NCBI GenBank assembly: GCA_965213705.1
Contig: OZ243913.1
Coordinates: 1,216,001-1,280,000 of the forward strand
Source: Trueperaceae bacterium
GTDB lineage: Bacteria > Deinococcota > Deinococci > Deinococcales > Trueperaceae
Direction: 5' to 3'
Length of the DNA: 64,000 bases
Both the position numbers and the translations under genes were made by a program. Of this stretch, positions 29,738-39,444 are shown one piece after another; the first letter of the stretch is position 1, and each line of letters begins with the position of its first letter. Under the pieces are notes generated by a model that saw only the letters and a list, made by a program, of their open reading frames with translations, ran no database searches and was not told where the DNA came from.

Positions 29738-30125
29738 ACTCACCTCTGTCTAGTCTGTCCAGATTGTAACACAATCCTGGTTCTGACCCTTTATGCAGAC
29801 ACTATCAAGTGCCAGAAGGCACAGGCATTTTAAACGCCTGTCTTTTGTCAAGGTCAAAGGCGGTCACGAGGGTCGAGACACGAGGGCCGCGTTAGAATTT
29901 TGTGATGCCCCACGGCTAAGCTGTTCTTACTGAGCCCTTCTCTTCCAACGTCTTTGCTCACACGACCCCTCGAGACCAGACTTTCCGGTCACTTTCTTTT
30001 TCAGACCGGACTCACCTGTCACCCGTTTCATTTCTTTACAACCTGGAAGGCTTTACCGTCTCAGACATTGAAACAGGGACTCCAGTTCTGTGACGAGCTA
30101 CCCTTGTCCAGTGCCCACCGGCGTC

Positions 30126-30409
30126 AGATAAACAGTTCGCTCGCAATCAACATCCGAACTGAGCAAATCCTGATTGCTTTAGAATGCTACTAAAATAACC
30201 TTAGTGTTACAAAGGAGATAACAACATGCCCGACCAAAAAGATAAGGCCCAAGACAAAAAGGCAATGGAGCAGAGAGAAGAGCAGGGAGAGGACTTGTCA
30301 GAACATACAGTCCATGAGCCGCAACCCGGCAAGAAACCCAAGCTCGAGCGTGATGAAGATGGCAATGTTGTAAAGGACTAAAGGGCCATCTTTAGATAAA
30401 CAGTTCGCT
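30126..30409. repeat. 16-bp direct repeat AGATAAACAGTTCGCT (30126-30141 and 30394-30409)
   Basis: Identical copies; the second encodes the SELFI* tail of the HigA-like gene on the minus strand. Confidence 0.75.
30226..30381 (+). CDS. Small hydrophilic charged protein (51 aa)
   Basis: AAGGAG RBS, then MPDQKDKAQDKKAMEQREEQGEDLSEHTVHEPQPGKKPKLERDEDGNVVKD; below the ORF-track cutoff. Confidence 0.6.
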   Translation: MPDQKDKAQDKKAMEQREEQGEDLSEHTVHEPQPGKKPKLERDEDGNVVKD

Positions 30410-30813
30410 ACTCACGCCGAAGTAGGCGGCCAGTTTCTTGGCGACAGCTTTGCTGATGTCGCGGCGCTGAGCGAGGATGGCGCTCAGGGTTGGCTGGGCA
30501 ATACCCGTGTCTTTGGCAAGCCGGTAGGCGCTGATGTCGCGCTGCTCGAGGTAATAGGCGAGCATTTGGTAGGGCGCGACCTCACCTTCTAAAATATCTG
30601 CATAATGCACCTTCTCCCACTCGCCGATGTAATAAGCCACCAAGTCGTACAGGGGTGCGTGTTCGGGGTCGGTGCAGTTGTAGCTGCTGGTCAACGCGTC
30701 GGCAAAAGCCACCAGGGCCTGGTAGTGTTCCTCGGTTTGGGGCACGGCCAACACCAAGTCGTCAGCGCCTGGGAAGCTTTTGCCCAGGCGCTGACAACTT
30801 GGCTAAGACTCAT
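30392..30813 (-). pseudogene. Orphan HigA-like HTH antitoxin, frameshift near 30770
   Basis: Leaderless TATGCT-7 nt-ATG MSLSQVVSAW continues in another frame as VPQTEEHY...YIGEWE...LSAIL..RRDISK..AKKLA.YF; no toxin upstream. Confidence 0.7.
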
Positions 30814-31067
30814 AAAGGTAAGCATAGCAGGACTGCTGCCCGCTTCGACCCTCGGCGACCGAAGAGGTTTTGCTGTCACTGACGGTAAAACTCAGGACCT
30901 TAGAGCCTACGCCGTAGGACTTTTTGTGTTAAAATAAATCGCATACCCAGTACCTTAGGAGTCTGGATGTTCCAAGTCCGAACCCGGTGGCAGGAAGACG
31001 CAGTAGCGCGCGCTTAACAAGATGTGTGCCACGCCGCCTGGCATGTTCCCCTCGAGAGAGGTCGGTA

Positions 31068-31298
31068 ATGGCGAAGAACCCATACCCACGCAAACGCTAC
31101 CGGGGCCGCTTGTCCTACCGCCACCGCGACGTGGCCGCCTTGCTGCTGGGCCGACCCTTAAAGCCGGGCGAGGTCGTACATCACAAAAGCGGCGACCGCG
31201 ATGATTACCACCCAGACAACCTGGGCATGTTCTCGAGCGCGGGCGCACACGCGCGCTATCACGGGGTGTCCCTAGAATTGGAACGAAAACTGCGGTAG
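31068..31298 (+). CDS. Small HNH endonuclease
   Basis: HR.VA..LLGRPL..GEVVHHK.GD..D.HPDNL...H..H. Confidence 0.75.
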   Translation: MAKNPYPRKRYRGRLSYRHRDVAALLLGRPLKPGEVVHHKSGDRDDYHPDNLGMFSSAGAHARYHGVSLELERKLR

Positions 31299-32111
31299 GA
31301 ATTTGCTCACCCTCAGTTTTTCTGTCCTATCAAAGTTTCGCCTATATTTGCAAAATATCTTTTTTGACATAAATCCCAAAACTCAAAAAGTGGGATGGGT
31401 TTTGGAACGTAGTTTTTGAGACGGGTTTTGAAGCACTATAAAGCCGTTATTTGTGCGCTTTCAGTCAACATTTTTGATGTGTCACAAACCACCGTTTTAG
31501 AGACGGTTAGAGTTTGGCTACCGCACTTTCCGTACGGATTCTAGGGACACCCCCTCTTCACCTCTTCATCGACGGGGGCTACAAACGCACCTTTCAGGAG
31601 TGCGTCGAGGGCACGCTAGGCTGGAGCGTTGAGATTGGACCAGCGGGGGCATTTGAACCAAGAGTTACGGTTTGAGAGCTGATTTTAGGAGCGAAACCGT
31701 AATTTTCTGTTTTAGTGATTTGAAAAACGCTAGATTTTACTGGTTAAGCAAACCAACCTCTTCTTTACCACTCTCAGACTGGTCGAAAATCCATCTACAG
31801 GAGCCCTAAACTGCGTCAGTAATGCAGTTATAGTTTCAAAGGTAAGAAATTGAGGATAGGAATCGGGTTTCTTTACTCGCACTCACCGCCCATAACCGTA
31901 GGTTCCTGTTCAGATGCGCCCGCTGGTCCGGAATGTACCTTTTCGGGGGTTTGGGCGAAAAACCCCAATTTACAACGGCTGGATGACTTCTGGTGTGGTG
32001 TTGAACCGGAGCAAACGAGGGTTTCTCAGTTTACAAGGTTGGTTGCTTAGACTTTGCCACCAGTATCGACCTCTATCAGAAGCCCAAAACTCGTCCAGCT
32101 CCAATTTCAGT

Positions 32112-32678
32112 TTAGCTCAGCTCCGGCGGCAGGTTCGGGTCAATCTCCTCGCTCCAGTAGATTGTCATCCTATCAGCCCACGTCTCAGGCTGCCACAGTT
32201 TAGCGATATTTAAGGACATGGAACAGTGAAAGTAGTACGAGGTGATTTGAATAACGGTGACCAGCCGCGCCTCTATGCCGTTGACGGTGTAGCGTGAACA
32301 CAGTTCGGGGTCGTTGCTGATTTGAGCGTTGCCGTGAACGCGTAACGTTTCGCTGGTGCTAGGTAGAAAAAAGATGAGCCCCACCTTGGGATGGTTCAGA
32401 ATATTTTGTAGGGAAAAGTTAAGGTTGTTGCCGCGTATATCCGGCAGGTAGAGGGTACTGTCGTCCAAGCCCACGAAGCCAGGAGCACCGCCTTTGGGGG
32501 AGGCCGTCGGTATACCGTCTTCTGAAACGGTTGTCAGTAGAATGAAGGGGGACTTTTCAAGAAAAGCTCGAGCCTGCTCGGTCAGCTTCTCTTGCACCTT
32601 GTACGGAGTGCGCGGGTTGGGCTTGCCGCAGAGGTCTATCAAGGTTTCCAAGTCGGTGATGGCGTGGGGTACTGTCAT
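32112..32678 (-). CDS. Pyridoxamine 5'-phosphate oxidase-like FMN-binding protein
   Basis: SPKGGAPGFV, LPD.RGNN, NIL.HPKVGLIF, ETLRVHG, YFHC. Confidence 0.85.
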   Translation of the reverse strand: MTVPHAITDLETLIDLCGKPNPRTPYKVQEKLTEQARAFLEKSPFILLTTVSEDGIPTASPKGGAPGFVGLDDSTLYLPDIRGNNLNFSLQNILNHPKVGLIFFLPSTSETLRVHGNAQISNDPELCSRYTVNGIEARLVTVIQITSYYFHCSMSLNIAKLWQPETWADRMTIYWSEEIDPNLPPELS

Positions 32679-34045
32679 CGAGACTTCCTTTCAGTGCGTG
32701 CCGAGTTTAGGACTGCCAGGAGTGCGCCGTACTGCACCTCGACTAGGATTTTGATGGGTATGGCTTCGTACTCGAATCCGCTTTCCAGCCGCTCAATCCA
32801 GGTTTCTAACAGAGTTTCTAAGTCCGCTTTAGCACTCGTAAGCGTTTCGCTGTCCGTTTCGGCAAGCTGAAAGTCCAGGGCGCGGCGCAGCATACTGGCG
32901 ACCAGCAAACGATAAAAGGAACCCACATATAATTCGTCGGTTACTTGAGCGACCGTAGCTTTTTGCTCCGTACCCTCTGCCTCGTTCGCCCACTTTTCTT
33001 TGCTAGCTAATCCGTCTAACGCCTGCTTCGTAAATAAAGAAACGGCGCGGTAAAATTTGGTGTCGAGTGTCATCTTAGGGGCGATGCGCTCGAGAAGCGC
33101 CTTGACAGCTAACGTTGATTCCTTCGCCTGCTCAACTCCTTCTAACAGCACCTCGCGCCGCGTTTTTTCGGTAAGCGTCTGGTCGCTTATCTGCTTGGCT
33201 TGAAAGTAGGGCAGCTCGGTGATTAAAATGAGCGGTTCGAGCCCCATCCCCCGCAGGTAGTCGGCGCTCGAACCCCCACCCTGGATGATGTCGGTGGGTG
33301 AAGCGTCGCTGTACGCTTCAAAGTAGTCGTAGGCGTCGGTGATAGACGAAATCTGATAGACGGCAGGAGAAAATTCTGTTGCCCAGGGCATCTCCGCTTC
33401 GCCTAGAGACAGGGCGAGACCTCGCTTTTCGGGGATGGCGTAGAACGCCTCATAAACATCTTTAAGGTCGTGTGAAATATAGTAGTAGACCCCACCGAAA
33501 CCCGCGTTGTGTAGCGAGTAAACCACGGCAGGTTGGGTTTTCCCAAAGGCATTCATCAGCGCCACCGTCTCAGGCAGGGGCGTGTCGAAGGTAAGGTCCT
33601 TATAGTCAATGGGAAATGTCCACTCAACTTGCTCGGTCGAAGGGGGTCGATAAAAGTGCCGAGCATAGTTTCGGATTGTGTAAGGACCAGCGAACCAACC
33701 TTCGTTGAGCCTGACGCCGTCGGGGTCAACACAAGGGAGTAAGTACCAAGTGTAGTCGGCACGCAAAGTTTCATTTTTGACGAGTTCGTCCAGTAGAAAT
33801 TGAACGAGCATCGCGCCGATGGGTTCGTTGGGGTGGGGTGAGGCGAAAAGCAAGACGGACGTTTCACCCTTACCTGCGGTGAGCATGGGAATGGCTTCGC
33901 CTTCTGTAGAGTGCCCCACAACCTCGTAACTGTAAATATCCGGGTGGTCGTCGGCTACGGCTCGAGCTTTCGCCAGCATCTCATCAAGCGCAAAAAAGCG
34001 CTCGTAGGCGGGTACTTTTTTGAGTTCTTCTTCGATGTTAAACAT
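32675..34045 (-). CDS. M14-family zinc carboxypeptidase
   Basis: G.STEG..I, PHPNEPIG, DPDG..LN, SLHN, ITELPY. Confidence 0.85.
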   Translation of the reverse strand: MFNIEEELKKVPAYERFFALDEMLAKARAVADDHPDIYSYEVVGHSTEGEAIPMLTAGKGETSVLLFASPHPNEPIGAMLVQFLLDELVKNETLRADYTWYLLPCVDPDGVRLNEGWFAGPYTIRNYARHFYRPPSTEQVEWTFPIDYKDLTFDTPLPETVALMNAFGKTQPAVVYSLHNAGFGGVYYYISHDLKDVYEAFYAIPEKRGLALSLGEAEMPWATEFSPAVYQISSITDAYDYFEAYSDASPTDIIQGGGSSADYLRGMGLEPLILITELPYFQAKQISDQTLTEKTRREVLLEGVEQAKESTLAVKALLERIAPKMTLDTKFYRAVSLFTKQALDGLASKEKWANEAEGTEQKATVAQVTDELYVGSFYRLLVASMLRRALDFQLAETDSETLTSAKADLETLLETWIERLESGFEYEAIPIKILVEVQYGALLAVLNSARTERKSR

Positions 34046-34155
34046 GGTTTACCTCACGTCTTTAGGTTATTCGCAGTTTGTTCTTCGTTATTCGTAAGAA
34101 AGGTTGAACGAAATATGTTTAACGAACCACCTTTGAAACTTTCAACTTGCCCCCC

Positions 34156-35028
34156 TCAATCCGTCTGCTTGGGGTCAAGAATGTCGCGCAAGCCGTCGCC
34201 CAGAAAGTTGAAGCTCAGCACGGTAACCATGATGGCGAGGCCGGGCCAGGTGATGAGGTAGGGGGCGCGGCGGATGAAGTCTTTGCCCTCGCTTATCATC
34301 ACGCCCCACTCGGGCGTCGGCGGCTGCACGCCCAAGCCCAAAAACCCCAGAGCAGCCGATGCCAGGATGGCTTCAGGAATTCCGAAAGTTGCCAGCACGA
34401 TGACGGGCGTTAAGCTGTTGGGCAGGATGTGCTTGAACATGATGCGCCCGTTGCCCGTGCCCACCGCCCTCGCCGCCTCGACGTACTCTGCATTGCGCAA
34501 GCTCAGCACCTCTGCCCTGACCACGCGGGCGTAAAGCGGCCAGCTCACCAGACCCAGCACCCACATTACGTTGAAGATGCTCGGACCGAACAAAGCGATG
34601 ACCGCAATGGCTAAAATTAGAAATGGAAAGGCGTAAAAAATTTCGACCAGGCGCATGATGACGTTGTCCACCGCGCCGCCGTAAAACCCCGCGATGACGC
34701 CCAAAATCGTACCAATGACCGAAGCGATGCTGACCACGACGACGCCGATGAGGAGCGAGATGCGCGAGCCGTGGATAAGTCTCGAGAGGATATCGCGCCC
34801 AAAGTTATCCGTGCCCAACAGGTGCCCAGCACTGCCGGGAGGTTGATAAGCGTTGCCCAAGTCCATCTCTAAAGGGCCTGAAGGCGCGACCCAAGGGGCA
34901 AGGACAGCAGCTAAGACCAAAATCAGAATGGACACCGCACCGATAACTGCCAGCGGGTTGCGGAGGAACTTGCGCAGTACCCGGCTTCTCCGGGTATTAG
35001 ATATAGAAACGGTAGCGGCGTCAGTCAT
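34156..35028 (-). CDS. Peptide ABC permease (OppC/DppC-like)
   Basis: HLLGTDNFGRD, EYVEAARAVG, FLGLG.QPP.PEWG. Confidence 0.93.
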   Translation of the reverse strand: MTDAATVSISNTRRSRVLRKFLRNPLAVIGAVSILILVLAAVLAPWVAPSGPLEMDLGNAYQPPGSAGHLLGTDNFGRDILSRLIHGSRISLLIGVVVVSIASVIGTILGVIAGFYGGAVDNVIMRLVEIFYAFPFLILAIAVIALFGPSIFNVMWVLGLVSWPLYARVVRAEVLSLRNAEYVEAARAVGTGNGRIMFKHILPNSLTPVIVLATFGIPEAILASAALGFLGLGVQPPTPEWGVMISEGKDFIRRAPYLITWPGLAIMVTVLSFNFLGDGLRDILDPKQTD

Positions 35029-35968
35029 AGCGAATCCTCGGGTCGATGCTGCTGTACAGCACGTCGACCAGCAAAATCACCGCCATAACACAGAGCGCGA
35101 AGATGAGGACGCTCCCCTGAATTAGGGGCAAGTCGCGCTGCCGGATGGCGTTGATGGACAACAGCCCCAGACCGGGCCATGAAAAAATGGTCTCGACGAT
35201 CACCGCGCCGCCCAGCAAGCCCCCGAACTGTAAACCGGCGGTGGTCACGACCGGGATGATGGCGTTGCGCAGGGCGTGACGAAAAAGAACGAGTGACTCT
35301 CGTTGGCCTTTGGCTTTGGCGGTACGCACGTAGTCTTCTGACAGAACATCGAGCATAGCATTGCGGGTGAGGCGCGTCAGGACGGCGGCGAGCGCGGTGC
35401 CGAGGGTGAATGCGGGTAAGATGAGGTGGCTCACGAAGTCCCATACCCCCTCTTCCACACTACCCATGCCGCGAATGGGCAGCCAGCGCAGCTCGAGCCC
35501 GAACAACAAAATAAGAATCAACCCCAGCCAGAAGTTGGGCATGGCGACCCCGAGCATGGAGAAAAACATAGCGCCGTAGTCCGCCGGTTTGCTCTGTCTG
35601 GCCGCCGCCAAAGTGCCCAGCGGAATGGCGATAAGAAGCGCGATGAACATCGAGCTGAGCGTCAGCAACAGCGTGTTGGGAAAGCGCTGCATGACTTGAC
35701 CCAGCACGGGTTGCTTCGAGGTGATAGACGTGCCGAAGTCGCCGCGAAAAAGCCCCGTCATGTAGTTGTAATACTGCTCGTACCAAGGGTCATTCAGACC
35801 TAGCTCGTCTTCTAAACGCGCCAGGTTTGCTGCGTTCGCCGTCTCATTACTCAGCATCAGGCTTATAGCATCACCCGGCGCAAAGGTGACTAGGGCGAAG
35901 GTGATAAAGCTTATCCCTAATAGGACGGGGATACTTGTGGCGATACGGCGTAAAAGGTAAGGGAACAT
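35021..35968 (-). CDS. Peptide ABC permease (OppB/DppB-like)
   Basis: PGD, GDFG.S, MPNFW, DYVRTAKAKG, IVETIF.WPG.G. Confidence 0.93.
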   Translation of the reverse strand: MFPYLLRRIATSIPVLLGISFITFALVTFAPGDAISLMLSNETANAANLARLEDELGLNDPWYEQYYNYMTGLFRGDFGTSITSKQPVLGQVMQRFPNTLLLTLSSMFIALLIAIPLGTLAAARQSKPADYGAMFFSMLGVAMPNFWLGLILILLFGLELRWLPIRGMGSVEEGVWDFVSHLILPAFTLGTALAAVLTRLTRNAMLDVLSEDYVRTAKAKGQRESLVLFRHALRNAIIPVVTTAGLQFGGLLGGAVIVETIFSWPGLGLLSINAIRQRDLPLIQGSVLIFALCVMAVILLVDVLYSSIDPRIRYD

Positions 35969-36034
35969 TCTCAAGCTTTCTTCGCAGACGATGGAGCGTT
36001 ATGGCGTTTTCTTTGTAAGAGTTGTTAGTTGTTA

Positions 36035-36276
36035 ACCTCGGGTGCTAGTTGTTTATGAAATACCAACAAGGCTCAAAAGCTTACCCATTGCGTCATAGAC
36101 GTTGTTTCTAGCCAATTTGGAAGGGTTCGGAAAGTCACCGCTAGAGGCAAAAAGCTTTGAGAATTCATGGAAAGTGTTTGTTCGGGTCGGTTATCGGTTA
36201 TGGTTGAAATACCAGTCTTCGTCACAGACGCACTTTCTCGGTTGAGACGGGTCGTTTATCTACCAGCACCCGAGGT
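36035..36276. mobile_element. ~242-bp MITE with IS982-like terminal inverted repeats
   Basis: ACCTCGGGTGCT...AGCACCCGAGGT perfect 12-bp TIRs; TGTTAGTTGTTA on both flanks; no ORF. Confidence 0.7.
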
Positions 36277-36314
36277 TGTTAGTTGTTAGTAAGCGCTTAC
36301 TAACAACTAACAAC
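36275..36314. repeat. 40-bp perfect palindrome of GTTGTTA heptamers (hairpin downstream of the fusion gene)
   Basis: GTTGTTAGTTGTTAGTAAGC|GCTTACTAACAACTAACAAC. Confidence 0.85.
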
Positions 36315-36322
36315 GCCTTAAC

Positions 36323-38935
36323 TTACTCCTCTAAGTAGACGTTATTTTGCAGCGAAACGAGTTGCAGCCCGAGAGCACCGGGATAAAGGTCCTTGACGTA
36401 ACTGTTGACAACCGCGTAACCGTTCTCGAAGTAGAGCGGGATGGCCGCCCGGTCCGCCATGATGATGCGCTGCGCCTCGAGCCAGAGGTCGTTTCGGGTC
36501 TCGAAGTCGAGGGTGGCGTTGGCTTCCTCAAGCAAGGCGTCGACCTCGTCGTTGTCGTAAAAGTGTGTGTTGGTCACGCCTATGTTGCCGCCGTAAAAGA
36601 GGGCGTTCAACCCTGTGAGGCTGGCAAAGCTGTAGTCGAAAAAGACGCCCGTGTCATTACCCTTCTGCAAGTCCTCGCCCCAGACGGCCCCGTCCTGCTG
36701 CAAGAGGTTGGCGTCGATGCCCAACTGCTGTAATTGCGTGATGAGGATGGTCAGCACCCTGGTCTGCGAACCCGCGATGGTCTTGATGTCGAAGCTCAGC
36801 GGCTCGCCGTCGCGGTCTAAGATGCCGTCGCCGTCGCTGTCGCTAAAGCCCGCTTCCTCGAGCTGTGCCAGCGCGGCTTCCGGGTCGTACGACCAGAGAC
36901 CGCGCAGCTCCGGGTCTTCTTCGAACTCGAACCAGTAGGGAACCTGCCCGTAGGCACGCCGACCGTACTCGCCGATCACCGAGGCGACAGCGGCGTCTAT
37001 GTCCATCGCTTTAGAGAGTGCGTCCCGCACGGCTAACTCGTCGAAAGGTGGCGTGGTCACGTTGATGCCCAGGCCCCGGTAAGACCCCGGTCCTGGTATC
37101 AGCTCGAGGTCGGGATTGTCGGCAAGCTGCGTGACCGAGTCGATGTTAAAGAGGTAAGGCACCACGTCGATGTCTTGCGCCTCGAGCGAAATCGTCTGTA
37201 CGGTCGGGTCGGGGATAAAAACGAACTCTACCCCGTCTAAGTTGGGTTTGATAAAGTAGTCTTCGTTGCGTTCGAGCGTGAGTTCCTGGTCGGGGGTGAA
37301 GGACTCGAGTTCGAACGGCCCCGAGCCTACCGGGTTGCGGGCAAAGCCCTCTTCGCCGAGCTGCTCGATGGCTTCTCGCGGCACGATCATCACCCGCGCC
37401 AAGCGGTTGGGGTCGCTCAGCAGGAAGGGGTCGGGTGCGGCGGTTTTAAGCTCGACCGTGTAATCGTCCAGCGCCGTCACGCTCTCGATATTCCCTAGGG
37501 TGAACGTCGTACTCACTTCAAGGAAGCGGTTAATGGAGTAAACGACATCGTCCGCCACGACTTTCCGGTTGGCACCTTCGGGGAAAACGTCGTTGCCGTC
37601 TTGAAAGGTCACCCCTTCGCGCAGCTTGAAAATCCAGGTGGTGTCGTCGGGGTTCTCCCAGCTCTCCGCGAGGTAGGGCGTGGCGCTGTAGTCGTCCAAG
37701 TCAGGCATGACGAGCGGGTCGAAGAGCTGGGAAACAGCGCCTAGTTCCCCGGTGGTCGTAGCCTTGTAAGGGTCGAGCTGCTGCATAGACTCGAAGGGCA
37801 CCGTCAAGACGCCCCCCTGGGTCTGTGCCAGCGCCACGGACGCGAGGACAAGCGAGATGAGAACGAGACCTAAGCCCACTAAACCGTGACTGGGGTTGGG
37901 ACTTGAGGGCTTACCCATTAAGGTGAGGATGCGTTTCAAAAGGGAACCTCCATTGGCTGCGAGACTGAGTTGGTTTTGGGGCTGACGCTGGAGCAAGCTT
38001 TGGGTGCGTAGCTGACTGAGTTGGCTGAGAGTTTGGGCGTAGGTGCGCGTGCTGCTGTTACAGACAGTCATCGCCGTAACGTCGCAGCCGTATTCGCGCT
38101 CCTGGCGAACCTGGCTCGATATCCACCAGACGGCGGGGTTAAAAAAGAGCAGGGTCTCAACGAGGTGTTGAAACAGGTTTACGAAAAGGTCGCCGCGTTT
38201 GATGTGCGCCAGTTCATGTGCGAGGATAAGCTCGAGCTGCTGCGGCGTCAGCCCGCTCAGCACACTGGTCGGGACTAAGATGAGCGGCTTGAGATAGCCC
38301 AAAACCATAGGGACATCGGCTATTTGGGAGAGTTTAACTTCTATGTTTTGGCTGAGTTTGAGCGTTTTATGCAGCCGCTGTACGGTGTTCGTGATCGCTT
38401 CCGGCGCACGCTGGACGAAGCTCGAGCGCAGCCGCCGAAGTGCCATCATATCGACCATCAGGCGTGCGGAGAGCGTGACGATGCCCAAGAACCAGGCGAG
38501 GACAATCCAGGGGAACAGGGACTCGAGCTTAAACTTCCAACGTCGCAAGGTTTGGGACGTAACGAACTCGGTTCGCGCAGTGACCGTTTCGGGCGCGGCT
38601 TGTAATGATTCCCCTAACTCAGGCGATGGTTTGCTGAGTGTGACGTGTTGTGCCTCCTCAGCAGATACAGGCTCCAGGCTGAACGGGCTTTGGGTAGGAT
38701 TCGAGCCTCTTAGGTGTGCAAAGGTGAAAATGGGTAGGGCCAGGCATGACAGAAGTGCTAGCAAACTGAGGCAGTAACGCTGATTCGGGCTGAGGCTTCT
38801 GCCTAACCACAAAAGAACGGCGAGACCACAGGCGACAGTGACACCCTGCCAGAGGGAATGGATGAGGACTCGCGCCAACAGCTCTACGCTCTGGGAGGTG
38901 AGCAGTGACTCAAACATCGTCATCTTCCGACTCAC
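36323..38935 (-). CDS. BlaR1-type M56 metallopeptidase fused to a family-5 ABC peptide substrate-binding domain
   Basis: N-terminal HSLWQG, PMVLG..KP.I.VP, HELAHIKRGD, ERE.GCD, LKRI; TM ending ALA-Q; C-terminal LDP, PYLAESW, FKLREGVTF.DG, PVGSGPF, VR.AL..A.D, DGDGILD. Confidence 0.88.
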   Translation of the reverse strand: MSRKMTMFESLLTSQSVELLARVLIHSLWQGVTVACGLAVLLWLGRSLSPNQRYCLSLLALLSCLALPIFTFAHLRGSNPTQSPFSLEPVSAEEAQHVTLSKPSPELGESLQAAPETVTARTEFVTSQTLRRWKFKLESLFPWIVLAWFLGIVTLSARLMVDMMALRRLRSSFVQRAPEAITNTVQRLHKTLKLSQNIEVKLSQIADVPMVLGYLKPLILVPTSVLSGLTPQQLELILAHELAHIKRGDLFVNLFQHLVETLLFFNPAVWWISSQVRQEREYGCDVTAMTVCNSSTRTYAQTLSQLSQLRTQSLLQRQPQNQLSLAANGGSLLKRILTLMGKPSSPNPSHGLVGLGLVLISLVLASVALAQTQGGVLTVPFESMQQLDPYKATTTGELGAVSQLFDPLVMPDLDDYSATPYLAESWENPDDTTWIFKLREGVTFQDGNDVFPEGANRKVVADDVVYSINRFLEVSTTFTLGNIESVTALDDYTVELKTAAPDPFLLSDPNRLARVMIVPREAIEQLGEEGFARNPVGSGPFELESFTPDQELTLERNEDYFIKPNLDGVEFVFIPDPTVQTISLEAQDIDVVPYLFNIDSVTQLADNPDLELIPGPGSYRGLGINVTTPPFDELAVRDALSKAMDIDAAVASVIGEYGRRAYGQVPYWFEFEEDPELRGLWSYDPEAALAQLEEAGFSDSDGDGILDRDGEPLSFDIKTIAGSQTRVLTILITQLQQLGIDANLLQQDGAVWGEDLQKGNDTGVFFDYSFASLTGLNALFYGGNIGVTNTHFYDNDEVDALLEEANATLDFETRNDLWLEAQRIIMADRAAIPLYFENGYAVVNSYVKDLYPGALGLQLVSLQNNVYLEE

Positions 38936-39317
38936 TTTCTAAGGCGTCAAGGAGGTCTTGAATTTTTGCCAGGTCTTCTTGAGAGGGGGTATCAGTCGCA
39001 AGGGCTCGAGAGATGAGGCGCATAGTCGAGCCGCCGAAGACGGTGTGTTTGAGCCTTTTGATGAGCTTGGCTTCTACCTCCTCTTTGGCATGGGCGGGTT
39101 GAAAGATATGGCTTTTACGTCCCTTATCTCGTGCAAGCAAACCTTTCTTGAGCATGATGGAGAGGATGGTGTGGACCGATGAGTAGGCTAAGGGTTTGGC
39201 TCGAGCTTCGTTCAGGCGCTCTACAATGTCTCGAGTGCCCAGCGGTCCAGCCGCCCACAGCACCTGCAAAATGTCCATCTCCCTGTCCGTCGGCGTTTCC
39301 TGTCTGGGTCTCGGCAC
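38910..39317 (-). CDS. BlaI/MecI/CopY-family repressor
   Basis: TDREMDILQVLW, LAYSSVHTIL..M..KG, VFGGS. Confidence 0.92.
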   Translation of the reverse strand: MPRPRQETPTDREMDILQVLWAAGPLGTRDIVERLNEARAKPLAYSSVHTILSIMLKKGLLARDKGRKSHIFQPAHAKEEVEAKLIKRLKHTVFGGSTMRLISRALATDTPSQEDLAKIQDLLDALESESEDDDV

Positions 39318-39377
39318 TGCACCTCCAGCGGGTTGACTTGAGTTAAGCTTGGGCCTGCTCAGGCGAAAAAGATATCT

Positions 39378-39443
39378 TTATGAACGCAAGAATATGCTAA
39401 TTCATTAGTAATGTCAATAAACTATAGGACTTACGCACGTAAG
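39378..39443 (-). promoter_or_regulatory. Sigma70 promoter with candidate BlaI operators
   Basis: Minus strand TTGACA(39417)-17 nt-TATTCT(39394); palindrome CTTACG-CA-CGTAAG at 39430-39443 and degenerate TTATG-AA-CGCAA at 39378-39389. Confidence 0.65.
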
Positions 39444-39444
39444 A

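Noticed and set aside
30814..30960. HigB toxin upstream of the HigA-like gene
   Set aside because: No ORF or HigB motif on the minus strand
31400..31520. GTTTTAGAG-like motifs suggesting a type II CRISPR repeat
   Set aside because: Only two short imperfect copies, no repeat-spacer periodicity and no cas genes
36323..39317. Beta-lactam resistance locus (blaI/blaR1/blaZ)
   Set aside because: No penicillin-binding sensor domain and no beta-lactamase or PBP gene nearby
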